Shown piece after piece: positions 9,195 through 18,224 of a stretch of 64,000 nucleotides of DNA. The translations under genes were made by a program, and so were the position numbers. Position 1 is the first letter of the stretch, and each line of letters begins with the position of its first letter. The stretch lies in the NCBI GenBank assembly GCA_004555175.1, contig SFJE01000003.1, positions 1,914-65,913 on the forward strand. Direction: 5' to 3'. This DNA comes from Lentisphaeraceae bacterium. GTDB lineage: Bacteria > Verrucomicrobiota > Kiritimatiellia > RFP12 > DVOR01. A model generated the notes under the pieces. It saw only the letters and a program-made list of their open reading frames with translations, was not told where the DNA came from and did no database searches.

Positions 9195-12100
9195 CTTGGC
9201 CTCGATGAGGAGGCGGAGTTCGTGGCCGTTGAGGTCGATGGGGTCGGTTGTGAGTTCGCCGGGGAGGAGGGCGTCGCCTTGGACTTCCTCAAGGATGGTG
9301 TCTTGCCAGGCATCGAGGGCGGCGGCGACTTCGTCGTCGGCTTGGAAGGTGACTTCGATGCGCTGGGTGACTTCGAGGTCGGCTTCCTTGCGCAGGGCTT
9401 GGACGCGGGAGACGAACTCGCGCATCAGGCCTTCGGCGAGGAGGGCGGCGGTGAGGGCGGTTTCGAGGGCGACGACGATGTTGCCTTCGGCGGCGACGAC
9501 GAGGCCTTCGCGCGGTTCGCGGCGGATGACGACTTCGTCGGGGGCGAGGGTGGTTTCGGTGCCCTGGATGGTGAGGGGGACGGTTTCGCCGCGGGCAAGG
9601 GCGGCGGCGAGGGGGGCCGGGAGGGCGGCGATGGCGGCGGCGGCGGCCTTCATTTGGGCGCCGAAGCGGGGGCCAAGGCGCTTGAAGTCGGCCTTGAGGG
9701 AGAGGTTGGCGAGGGCGGTTTCGTCGTCGCCGAAGGAGATGTCCTTGACGTTGAGTTCTTCGCGGATGATGTCGGTGTAGGCGGCGAGGGCGGCGCGGGC
9801 AGCGGCATCGGCGGAGACGACGTGGAGGCGGGCGAGGGGCTGGCGGACCTTGAGGTCCTTATCGGTGCGCAGCTGGCGGCCGAGGCGGACAACGCGCTGG
9901 ACGAGCTCCATATCGGCTTCGAGGCGGAGGTCACGGGCGGCAGCATCGGCGGTGGGGAAGGCGCAGAGGTGAACGCTTTCGGGGTCGTTCGGGCCGCGGA
10001 GGTTGCGGTAGATTTGCTCGCTGACGAAGGGGCAGAAGGGGGCGGCAACCTTTGAGAGTTGGACGAGGACGTAGCGGAGGGTGCGGTAGGCGTGGCGCTT
10101 GTCGGCATCGTCTTCGCTCTTCCAGAAGCGGCGGCGGGAGCGGCGGATGTACCAGTTGGTGAGCGCGTCGATGAAGTCGACGAAGGGGCGGACGGCCTTC
10201 TGGAGGTCGTAGGCGTCCATAGCGGTGGAGACATCGGCGATGAGGGTTTCCATCGAGGAGACGATCCAGCGGTCGAGGACGTGGGGGGAGGTGGGGCGGG
10301 CGACATCGGGCTCGTCGAAGCCGTCGGCATTGGCGTAGGTGACGAAGAAGCTGTAGGCGTTCCACCAGGGGATGAGGAGGTCGCGCAAGAGTTGTTTGAC
10401 GCCGGCTTCGGAGAAGCGGAGGTTTTCGGCGCGGACAACGGGAGAGTTGATGAGGTAGAGGCGAAGGGCGTCGGCGCCGTAGGTGTCGATGACGTGCTTG
10501 GGGTCGGGGTAGTTTTTGAGGCGCTTGGACATCTTCTTGCCATCTTCGGCGAGGACGAGGCCGTTGACGACCACGTTCTTGTAGGGGGCCTTACCGAAGA
10601 GGAGGGTGCCGAGGACGAGGAGCGTGTAGAACCAGCCGCGGGTCTGGTCGAGGCCTTCGGCGATGAAGTCGGCGGGGAAGAAGGTGTCGAGCTCTTTGCC
10701 GGAGAAGGGGAAGTGTTGCTGGGCGTAGGGCATGGAGCCAGATTCGAACCAGCAGTCGAGGACCTCGGGGGTGCGGTGATAGGTGTGGCCGTCCTTACGG
10801 ATGACGACCTTGTCGATGATGTGCTTGTGGAGGTCGGTAATCTTCTGCCCGCTGAGGGCTTCGAGCTCGGCGACGGAGCCGACGCAGATGCGGTCTTCGG
10901 GATCGTCGTCGTTGATCCAGATGGGCAGGCACGAGCCCCAGAAGCGGTTGCGGGAGATGTTCCAGTCCTTCGCGTCGCGCAGCCAGTTGCCGAAGCGGTT
11001 GGCGCCGACGGCTTCGGGCTGCCAGTGGACGGTGGCGTTGTTGGCGGTGAGGCGCTCGTGGAGGTCTTCAACGCGGACGTACCAGGCGTCGATGGCGCGG
11101 TAGATGAGGGGCGTGTCGGTGCGGTCGCAGAAGGGATAGGCGTGGACGATGGTGCCTTGGTGGACGAGCTTGCCGTTTTGCTTGAGCTCGCGAATGATGT
11201 CCTTGTCGCAATCCTTGCAGAAGCGGCCGCGCCAGGCTTCGGGGGCGGGGGCGGTGAAGGCGCAGCCTTCGTCCATCGGGTCTTCGAGGGTGATGCCGGC
11301 GGCCGAGCAGACGCGGAAGTCGTCTTCACCGTAGGCCGGGGCATTGTGGACCAGGCCGGTGCCGTCGGTGGTGGTGACGTAGCTATCGGTGAGGACGACG
11401 AAGGCGTTGGGCTTGTCCTTGTAGTAGGGGAAGATGGGCTCGTAGTGGAGGCCCTTGAGCTCGGTGCCCTTGAGCTTTTCGAGGATCTCGACCTTGGGGT
11501 TCTTGCCGAAGACGGCGGTCAGGCGGCTCTCGGCGAGGATGTAGACGGCCCCATCGGCGTCCTTGACGGCGAGGTAGTCAATCTCCGGGCCGGCGCAGAT
11601 GGCGAAGTTGGTGAGCAGCGTCCAGGGGGTGGTGGTCCAAACGAGGAGGTAGGCCTCTTCGCCCCAAACGGGATGGGCGCCCTGGGTGATGCGGCAGCGG
11701 ACGGTGACGGCGGGGTCCTGCACGTCCTTGTAGTTGCTGCCGGCCTCGAAGTTGGAGAGGGGCGTGGAGAGCTTCCACGAATAGGGCATAATGCGGTGGC
11801 TCTTATAGATGCGCCCCTGGTCCCACAGCTGCTTGAAGACCCACCAGACCGACTCCATAAAGCTCGGCTGCATGGTCTTGTAGTCATTATCAAAGTCTAC
11901 CCAGCGGCCCATACGGGTGACCGTCTCGCGCCACTGCGAGACGTAGCGCAGCACCATTGCGCGGCACTGCTCGTTGAAGGCCTCCACCCCGTGCTGGCGG
12001 ATCTCGTAGGCGCCATTGACGCCCAGCGCTTCCTGCGCCAGGGCCTCGATGGGCAGCCCGTGGCAGTCCCACCCAAAGCGCCGCTCCACGTAGTGCCCGC

Positions 12101-12323
12101 GCATGGTCTGGTAGCGCGGCACAATGTCCTTAATCGTTCCGGCCAGGAGGTGCCCATAGTGCGGCAGACCGGTGGCGAAGGGCGGCCCATCGTAGAACCG
12201 GAAGACCGGCGCGCCGCGCCGCTGCTCGAGGCTCTTGGCAAAGGTGCCTTCGCTCTCCCAGAGCTTCAGCACGGCTTCTTCATTCTTGGCAAAGTCGGGA
12301 CGATTGGAAACGGGCTTAAACAT
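9192..12323 (-). CDS. ileS: Isoleucyl-tRNA synthetase (type 2, eukaryote/archaeal-like)
   Basis: 1043 aa. HYGH class I motif (GLPHYGHLL), KMSKR motif, and an IleS-type editing domain. Confidence 0.95.
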   Translation of the reverse strand: MFKPVSNRPDFAKNEEAVLKLWESEGTFAKSLEQRRGAPVFRFYDGPPFATGLPHYGHLLAGTIKDIVPRYQTMRGHYVERRFGWDCHGLPIEALAQEALGVNGAYEIRQHGVEAFNEQCRAMVLRYVSQWRETVTRMGRWVDFDNDYKTMQPSFMESVWWVFKQLWDQGRIYKSHRIMPYSWKLSTPLSNFEAGSNYKDVQDPAVTVRCRITQGAHPVWGEEAYLLVWTTTPWTLLTNFAICAGPEIDYLAVKDADGAVYILAESRLTAVFGKNPKVEILEKLKGTELKGLHYEPIFPYYKDKPNAFVVLTDSYVTTTDGTGLVHNAPAYGEDDFRVCSAAGITLEDPMDEGCAFTAPAPEAWRGRFCKDCDKDIIRELKQNGKLVHQGTIVHAYPFCDRTDTPLIYRAIDAWYVRVEDLHERLTANNATVHWQPEAVGANRFGNWLRDAKDWNISRNRFWGSCLPIWINDDDPEDRICVGSVAELEALSGQKITDLHKHIIDKVVIRKDGHTYHRTPEVLDCWFESGSMPYAQQHFPFSGKELDTFFPADFIAEGLDQTRGWFYTLLVLGTLLFGKAPYKNVVVNGLVLAEDGKKMSKRLKNYPDPKHVIDTYGADALRLYLINSPVVRAENLRFSEAGVKQLLRDLLIPWWNAYSFFVTYANADGFDEPDVARPTSPHVLDRWIVSSMETLIADVSTAMDAYDLQKAVRPFVDFIDALTNWYIRRSRRRFWKSEDDADKRHAYRTLRYVLVQLSKVAAPFCPFVSEQIYRNLRGPNDPESVHLCAFPTADAAARDLRLEADMELVQRVVRLGRQLRTDKDLKVRQPLARLHVVSADAAARAALAAYTDIIREELNVKDISFGDDETALANLSLKADFKRLGPRFGAQMKAAAAAIAALPAPLAAALARGETVPLTIQGTETTLAPDEVVIRREPREGLVVAAEGNIVVALETALTAALLAEGLMREFVSRVQALRKEADLEVTQRIEVTFQADDEVAAALDAWQDTILEEVQGDALLPGELTTDPIDLNGHELRLLIEAK

Positions 12324-12325
12324 AG

Positions 12326-12386
12326 GTGGATTAGCTGTTAGCGGTTAGCGGCTAGCTGTTAGCGCGCGTTCCGCGACGGATGGGGT
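12326..12386. repeat. Repeat arm: heptamer array TTAGCTGTTAGCGGTTAGCGGCTAGCTGTTAGCG plus reverse core CGCGTTCCGCGACGG (12365-12379)
   Basis: It is the inverted partner of 12797-12860 across the four-helix-bundle gene. Confidence 0.75.
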
Positions 12387-12752
12387 TTAAGGTTGGGAGT
12401 GGTCTATCTGTGCCTCGAATGCGTGTAGCATCTTGGCGACTTCTTCTGAAAGGGTAAGTACGGGTGCAATATCCGCCTTCGCCAGCAGTTGCACACGCTC
12501 GCAAATATAGAGATGAGTCTGGAGTTCGGCCAAAGAGCCCTGGGCAATCTTTAAGAAGTGCTTCAACTCGTTGTCACGCCGCCGGCCATAGCCTTCTGCA
12601 ATGTTTGCTGGCACCGACACGGCCGCACGGCGCATTTGATCGGCCAGCGCAAAGCGCTCCTCTCCCGGCATCTCCGGGAGGAGACGATAGACCGTCACCA
12701 CCAGGTCCATCGCCTTCTGCCACACCGTCAAATCTTGATAGCTCTTAATCAT
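12387..12752 (-). CDS. Four-helix-bundle protein (23S rRNA intervening-sequence protein family, TIGR02436-like)
   Basis: The translation MIKSYQDLTVWQKAMDL...IAEGYGR is the family hallmark. The ORF extends to 12785, but ATG 12752 is the family-typical start. Confidence 0.7.
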   Translation of the reverse strand: MIKSYQDLTVWQKAMDLVVTVYRLLPEMPGEERFALADQMRRAAVSVPANIAEGYGRRRDNELKHFLKIAQGSLAELQTHLYICERVQLLAKADIAPVLTLSEEVAKMLHAFEAQIDHSQP

Positions 12753-12796
12753 CGTTGCTTGGGCTCGCCGTTGCACGCGCTCCACGTGCTCGATCG

Positions 12797-12860
12797 AAAG
12801 CTTCTCCGTCGCGGAACGCGTGCTAATGGCTAACAGCTAACCGCTAACTGCTGTCGCAAC
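12797..12860. repeat. Repeat arm: core CCGTCGCGGAACGCG (12806-12820) plus heptamer array GCTAATGGCTAACAGCTAACCGCTAACTGCTGTCGC
   Basis: Direct reading. Confidence 0.75.
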
Positions 12861-12865
12861 GCGGC

Positions 12866-13321
12866 TCAGCCGCGGAGGGCGGCAAGGACGCCATCGCGGT
12901 CGGGGGCGGAGATGATGGCTTCGCGGGTGGTCGGATCCATCAGCTTGCGGCTGATGCTACCGAGGAAGACCATATAGCCTGAGCCGGCGGAGGGCGGAAC
13001 GAGCATCAAGATAACGACCTTGGTCGGCTCGCCATCGGGGGCATCGGCCGCGAAGCCATCCTTGTGCACGCCGATGGCGCAGACGAGCTCCTCGACCACA
13101 TCGGTGCGGCCGTGGGGGAGGGCGATTTCGTCGGTCATCACGGTTGAGGCGGACATCTCGCGGCGGACGATGGCCTGCTTGGCTTCGTCCTTCTTGGCCT
13201 CGGGGAGGGCACCGCTAGCGACGAGCGCGTCCATCAGCTCGGCGATGACGCCAAAGATGTCTTCGCTACGCAGCGAGGTGACGACCACGGCCTTTTCCAA
13301 CATCGTGTCATAGGTGTTCAT
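12866..13321 (-). CDS. ptsN: PTS EIIA(Ntr)-like nitrogen regulatory protein (PTS_EIIA_2 domain)
   Basis: 151 aa. The EIIA fructose/mannitol-type fold signature includes an active-site His context (IALPHGR). Confidence 0.7.
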   Translation of the reverse strand: MNTYDTMLEKAVVVTSLRSEDIFGVIAELMDALVASGALPEAKKDEAKQAIVRREMSASTVMTDEIALPHGRTDVVEELVCAIGVHKDGFAADAPDGEPTKVVILMLVPPSAGSGYMVFLGSISRKLMDPTTREAIISAPDRDGVLAALRG

Positions 13322-13345
13322 AGTGCAACCTTTCGTTCAGAGTGT

Positions 13346-14314
13346 TCACATATAGGCGATACGCAACGCTTCGTTCTCCAACGTATCGCGTTCGATTAGC
13401 GCGTCAAGGGCCCGGCCGATGGGCCCGGGCTTGCCGTCGCCGACCTTGCGGCCATTGTATTCCACCACGGAGGCGACATTGAGGGTGGTGCCAACAGCGA
13501 GGATTTCGTGCGCTTCGTAGAGCTCTTCCTCGCGAATCGGGCGGAAGACCACGCCCTTGAGCGACCCTTCGCTCTCCAGCTTCTGGGCCAGTTCCGAGAC
13601 GCGCAACATCGTCGTGCCGGCCAGGACGGTATCTAGCGGCGGGAAGACGAGGCGGCCCTTCTTGGAGACGATGCCGATATTCTCGGTGGCGCTTTCGGTG
13701 ATGTGGCCATGGGGGTCCACGCCCACCATAAAGTCCACGTGCCAAATCTCGGCTTCACCCTTCATCAGCACATTGGGAATGTAGTTACAGGTCTTGGCAG
13801 TGGCGAAGACCGGCGGCTTGATGGGCACGCGGCTCTTACGCAGTTTAGCGCCCTCGGGGTGGCGCTTCATAAAGGGTTCGCCCCCGCCATAGACCAAGAT
13901 GTAGAGGGCCGAACCCTCGCTTTCGGTGGGCGAGACACCCATCCCGCCCGGACCGCGACTGAGCACCACGCGCACTGCGCAATTCGGCTGTGCGGCCACC
14001 TCCAGTGCCTCGAGCACCTTGGCCCGCAACGCTTCGGGCCCGCGCCGAAACGCGAGCCCGACCTGGTAGGCACTCCGCTGCAACCGCTGCAAATGCGCAT
14101 CGAGATTGTAAACCGCGCCATTGAGGCACTTCATCGTCTCGAAGACGCCATCACCGCGGTGCGTCAGGTGGTCATCAAAGGGGATGACCATCAGCGCCGG
14201 ATCGCGCACATAGCCATCCCACAGGCTCGAATAGAACAGGTGGTAAGGCGTACGCTTCGAGCCCGTCGCCGCTCGCAACGTCTCGACAAAGTCCTGGGGA
14301 CCAATCTCTCTCAT
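13346..14314 (-). CDS. Class IV PLP-dependent aminotransferase (branched-chain amino acid aminotransferase / ADC lyase family)
   Basis: Fold-type IV motifs (EAF..GT...V...G). The ORF opens at a GTG at 14332. ATG 14314 (MREIG..) is preferred. Confidence 0.75.
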   Translation of the reverse strand: MREIGPQDFVETLRAATGSKRTPYHLFYSSLWDGYVRDPALMVIPFDDHLTHRGDGVFETMKCLNGAVYNLDAHLQRLQRSAYQVGLAFRRGPEALRAKVLEALEVAAQPNCAVRVVLSRGPGGMGVSPTESEGSALYILVYGGGEPFMKRHPEGAKLRKSRVPIKPPVFATAKTCNYIPNVLMKGEAEIWHVDFMVGVDPHGHITESATENIGIVSKKGRLVFPPLDTVLAGTTMLRVSELAQKLESEGSLKGVVFRPIREEELYEAHEILAVGTTLNVASVVEYNGRKVGDGKPGPIGRALDALIERDTLENEALRIAYM

Positions 14315-14369
14315 ACCTATAAGATAACACACCCGCGCGGCCGCCGCAAGCGCACCGCCGGAGCCTCCT

Positions 14370-15839
14370 TTACGCGGAGGCCCCGCCGCCCTCCTTCATC
14401 TGCGGGAAGAGGAGCACATCGCGAATGGCCTCGGTGCCAGTGAGGAACATCACCAAACGGTCGATGCCCATCCCGAGCCCCCCGGTGGGCGGCATGCCAT
14501 ATTCCAACGCCTCAACGAAGTCCTGGTCGAGCGGCTCGGCATCGGCCTCCACCTGGCGGGCAAAGGCTTCGCGCTGCGCATCGGGGTTGTTCTGCTCGGT
14601 GTACCCGGGGCAGAGCTCGCGCCCGGCCACCACGAACTCGAAGACATCCACCAGCGCCGGATCATCCGAACACGCCTTGGCCAGGGGCACATACTGCTTG
14701 GGAATGCGCGTGACGAAGGTCGGCTGCATCAGGGTGCGCTCGATAAGCTTATCGTAGACCTCGTGCGAGAGGGTGAGCATATCGACAATCTCGGGGGTGA
14801 GCGTGAGTCCCTGCGCGACGGCGCGGGCCTTGGCGGTCTCGTAGTCGAGCGTGAACCAATCCTCGCCCATCCGCTCTTTGATAAGGTCCTGCTGGGCCAC
14901 CTCGCGGTAAGGCGGCTCGAAGTTGATAACGGTCTTCTCCTCGCCCGAGCCGTAGGCCACCTGGCGCGTGCCCAGGACCGTGTCGCAGAGATAAGGCAAC
15001 AGCCCCTCCACGAGGTTCTTCATCGAGGTGCGGTCGCCATAGGCCTCGTAGACCTCCAGCACGGTGAACTCGGGGTTGTGCGTGCGGTCGATCCCCTCGT
15101 TGCGGAAATCCTTGCCCAGCTCGAAGATCTTGTCGAAGCCGCCGACGAGCAGGCGCTTGAGGTAGAGCTCCGGAGCGATACGCAGGACCATCTCGCGGTC
15201 GAGCGCGTTGTGATGCGTCACGAAGGGCTTGGCCGCGGCACCGCCGGCCTGCGGCTGCATAATCGGCGTCTCCACCTCCACGAAGCCGCGCGAGGAGAGG
15301 AAGTTGCGAATGCCGAGCAAAATCTTGTGGCGGGCATCAAAGCGCTTGCGGCTCTCGGGGTTGGACATCAAATCCAGGTAACGCTTGCGGTAGCGGTCCT
15401 CGGTGTTCTGCAGACCGTGCCACTTCTCGGGCGGTTGGCGAATGGCCTTGGAGAGCAGCTCCCACTCGGCCACGGCCACGGTCTGCTCGCCGGCCTGGGT
15501 GGTAAAGAGCGTGCCCTTGGCGCCAATAATGTCACCCAAATCCAAGAGCTTGGCCGCGTTGTAGGCCTCCTCGCCCACCTCATCGCGCTTGAGCAAAATC
15601 TGGAAGGCATCCGAGCCATCATTCAGGTGGATGAACATCAGCTTGCCCATCCGCCGCTTGGTCTGAATACGCCCGGCCACGGCCACAGCCTTGCCCTCGG
15701 CAAAGTCCGCGCGCGTCTCCTGCAGCGTGCCGGTCCGCGCAAAAGCGTGACCATAGGGCGCGTAGCCCGCGGCCTCCAACTTCGCGCGGTTCTCAATCCG
15801 CTGCGCCCGATACTGATCTTCGCTCAATGCCTGCGCCAT
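14370..15839 (-). CDS. lysS: Lysyl-tRNA synthetase, class II
   Basis: 489 aa. OB-fold N-terminal domain and class II motifs 1-3 (e.g. FRNEG, GGLGMGIDRL). Confidence 0.95.
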   Translation of the reverse strand: MAQALSEDQYRAQRIENRAKLEAAGYAPYGHAFARTGTLQETRADFAEGKAVAVAGRIQTKRRMGKLMFIHLNDGSDAFQILLKRDEVGEEAYNAAKLLDLGDIIGAKGTLFTTQAGEQTVAVAEWELLSKAIRQPPEKWHGLQNTEDRYRKRYLDLMSNPESRKRFDARHKILLGIRNFLSSRGFVEVETPIMQPQAGGAAAKPFVTHHNALDREMVLRIAPELYLKRLLVGGFDKIFELGKDFRNEGIDRTHNPEFTVLEVYEAYGDRTSMKNLVEGLLPYLCDTVLGTRQVAYGSGEEKTVINFEPPYREVAQQDLIKERMGEDWFTLDYETAKARAVAQGLTLTPEIVDMLTLSHEVYDKLIERTLMQPTFVTRIPKQYVPLAKACSDDPALVDVFEFVVAGRELCPGYTEQNNPDAQREAFARQVEADAEPLDQDFVEALEYGMPPTGGLGMGIDRLVMFLTGTEAIRDVLLFPQMKEGGGASA

Positions 15840-15852
15840 CGCTGCGCCTCCC

Positions 15853-17850
15853 TTACGCCAAATAGTTGTTGACCAGTTCAGTCAGGTGTTCAACCGTGAA
15901 GCCAAAGTGCTTGGCCAACACGCCAGCCGGACCCGACGCGCCAAAGCCCTTCATTGTCAGCGAGATGCCTTCGCAGCCCAGATAGCGCTCCCAGCCGAAG
16001 GGCGAAGCCGCCTCCACCGCGATGCGCTTGGTGACCGCCTTGGGCAACACCGCCTCGCGGTACTCCGCGCTCTGCGCCTCGAAGAGATCCCAGCTCGGCA
16101 TCGAAACCACGCGCAGGTTGCGCGTATCGGCCTGTGCCACCTCCAGCGCCAAGGCAACCTCCGAGCCCGAGGCCATCAAAATCGCCTCCGGTTGCTGCTC
16201 GGGGTCCCGTTGCCAGAGGACGTAGGCGCCCTTGGCCACATTCGCCGCCGCCGGATAGTCGCTGCGGTCCAGCACCGGCAAGTTCTGGCGCGAGAGCAAA
16301 AGCGCCGTCGGCCCCGTCGTCCGCCGCAACGCCACCTCCCACGCCGCCGCCGTCTCCGTGGCATCGGCCGGACGCAGCACGCAGACGTTCGGCATCGCAC
16401 GCATCGCCGGCAACTGCTCAATCGGCTCGTGCGTGGGGCCATCTTCGCCCACATAGAAGCTATCGTGCGTGAGCACGTAAATCACCGGCAGCCCCATCAA
16501 CGCCGCCACACGGATGACCGGGCGGCAGTAGTCGCAGAAGACAAAGAAGGTGCCGCCAAAGCAACGCAAACCGCCGTGACTGGTCAGGCCATTCATCACC
16601 GCCGCCATCCCCAGCTCGCGCACGCCAAAGTGGAAGTTCCGCCCGCCGAAACGCTTGGGCCCCACATCGCCGAGCCCATGCAGATAGGTCATATTCGAGG
16701 GCGCCAAGTCCGCCGAGCCACCCACCAACCACGGCAAGGACGGGGCAAGCGCATTCAGCACCTTCCCCGAAGCCACGCGCGTAGAAATCGGCTTATCCTC
16801 CCACGCCGGCAACAACTTTGCAAAGTTCTTCGGCAACTCCTGCGCGTGCATCGCCTCCCAGACGCGCTTCACCCGCGGATGCGCCTCGAAGTGCTTACGC
16901 ACCTGACGCTCCCAGCGCCGCCGCATACGCCCCATCTGCGCCTGGCGCGCGGCGAACTTCTCGCGCACCGCATCGCTCACCGCAAAGGTCTCATCCGGGT
17001 TGAAGCCGAGGGCCTCCTTCATCAAGCGCACCTCCTCTTCGCCGAGCGGCGCACCGTGACAGGAGGCGCTATCGGCCTTATTCGGCGAGCCCTTTCCAAT
17101 CACCGTGTTGCAAATCACCAACACCGGCTTAGACTGCGAACGCATCGCGCGGTGGAGCGCGCGCGCAATACTGTCAAAGTTGTGCCCATCGCAGGTACAA
17201 ACCTGCCAACCGTAGGCGCGGAAGCGGTTGGCCGTGTCATCTGCCATCGCATCGGCCACATCGCCCTCAATCGAGATCCGGTTCGAGTCGTAAATCGCCA
17301 CCAACTTATTCAGCCCCAACGTGCCGGCCAGCGAAGCGGCCTCGTGCGAAATCCCCTCCTCCATATCCCCGTCCCCGCAGGTCACCCACGTGCGGTGATC
17401 GACCAGCTTCATCTCCGGCGTATTGAAGCGCTCGGCCATCATCCGCTCGGCAATCGCCATTCCCACCGCCGCGCCAAGCCCCTGCCCCAGCGGGCCGGTC
17501 GTCGTCTCCACCCCAGGCACCACGCCATACTCCGGGTGCCCCGGCGTCTTGCTCCCCAGCTGACGAAAATGCTTCAAATCCTCCAGCGACAGGTCATACC
17601 CCGCCAAGTGCTCCAAGGCATAGAGGAGCGACGACCCGTGCCCGCCGGACATGACAAAGCGATCCCGATCCGCCCACGTCGGTGCCGCCCCATCCACCTT
17701 CAGAAAGTAAAGCCAAAGCACCGCCATTACATCCGCCAGGCTCAACGCCACACCCGGATGCCCGGACTTCGCCGCCTGCACCTCGTCTGCCGCCAGACAA
17801 CGCAACGTATTCGCAACCAACTGCAAGGCCTTCTGCCGCTTCTGTTCCAT
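15853..17850 (-). CDS. tkt: Transketolase
   Basis: TPP-binding motif (SGHPG, GDGDMEEG) and the transketolase central and C-terminal domains. ATG 17850 (MEQKRQ..) is the preferred start within the ORF that opens at 17901. Confidence 0.95.
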   Translation of the reverse strand: MEQKRQKALQLVANTLRCLAADEVQAAKSGHPGVALSLADVMAVLWLYFLKVDGAAPTWADRDRFVMSGGHGSSLLYALEHLAGYDLSLEDLKHFRQLGSKTPGHPEYGVVPGVETTTGPLGQGLGAAVGMAIAERMMAERFNTPEMKLVDHRTWVTCGDGDMEEGISHEAASLAGTLGLNKLVAIYDSNRISIEGDVADAMADDTANRFRAYGWQVCTCDGHNFDSIARALHRAMRSQSKPVLVICNTVIGKGSPNKADSASCHGAPLGEEEVRLMKEALGFNPDETFAVSDAVREKFAARQAQMGRMRRRWERQVRKHFEAHPRVKRVWEAMHAQELPKNFAKLLPAWEDKPISTRVASGKVLNALAPSLPWLVGGSADLAPSNMTYLHGLGDVGPKRFGGRNFHFGVRELGMAAVMNGLTSHGGLRCFGGTFFVFCDYCRPVIRVAALMGLPVIYVLTHDSFYVGEDGPTHEPIEQLPAMRAMPNVCVLRPADATETAAAWEVALRRTTGPTALLLSRQNLPVLDRSDYPAAANVAKGAYVLWQRDPEQQPEAILMASGSEVALALEVAQADTRNLRVVSMPSWDLFEAQSAEYREAVLPKAVTKRIAVEAASPFGWERYLGCEGISLTMKGFGASGPAGVLAKHFGFTVEHLTELVNNYLA

Positions 17851-17924
17851 CGCCGTGATAACCTCTTCTAAGGGGCTCAAAAGAAAATAAAAGGATAGCA
17901 CATCCCCCTAAACCCCGCAACTCG

Positions 17925-18110
17925 CGTTCGGCCATTCGCGCGCTGGGCCGGATAATCCGGATAATCCGGAAATTCCGGATCATCTGGAGATTCCGGAGGC
18001 GGCCCGCCAATGGGGGGCAGGGGGCAAGGCCCCCCGCGTGAGCGCGCGAGCGAGGGCGCCGAGCGAAGCGAAGGCGCTATGCCAACACGATGGCGGTTCC
18101 GCCGCCGTAA
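17925..18110. repeat. Composite repeat: nonamer array (CCGGATAAT/CCGGAGATT), conserved block GGAGGCGGCCCGCCAATGGGGGRCAGGG, and module GAGCGAAGCGAAGGCGCTATGCCAA
   Basis: Closely matches 34680-34940 (the same modules rearranged). Confidence 0.7.
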
Positions 18111-18142
18111 GGTGTACCTCCGGCGCGTGAGGAGGCCCCTCG

Positions 18143-18188
18143 GGGATGTTATAGAGAAACAGAAGGCCCCCGAAGATCATCGGGGGCC
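18143..18188 (-). terminator. Rho-independent terminator of the large exported protein gene
   Basis: Hairpin GGCCCCCGAAGATCATCGGGGGCC followed on the minus strand by a U-rich run (TTCTGTTTCTCT). Confidence 0.7.
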
Positions 18189-18224
18189 GATCCGTCGCGC
18201 GCTAATCGCTAACCGCTACCAACG

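Noticed and set aside
12464-12833. Plus-strand ORFs overlapping the four-helix-bundle gene
   Set aside because: The minus-strand frame carries the family hallmark sequence. The plus-strand frames are low-complexity.
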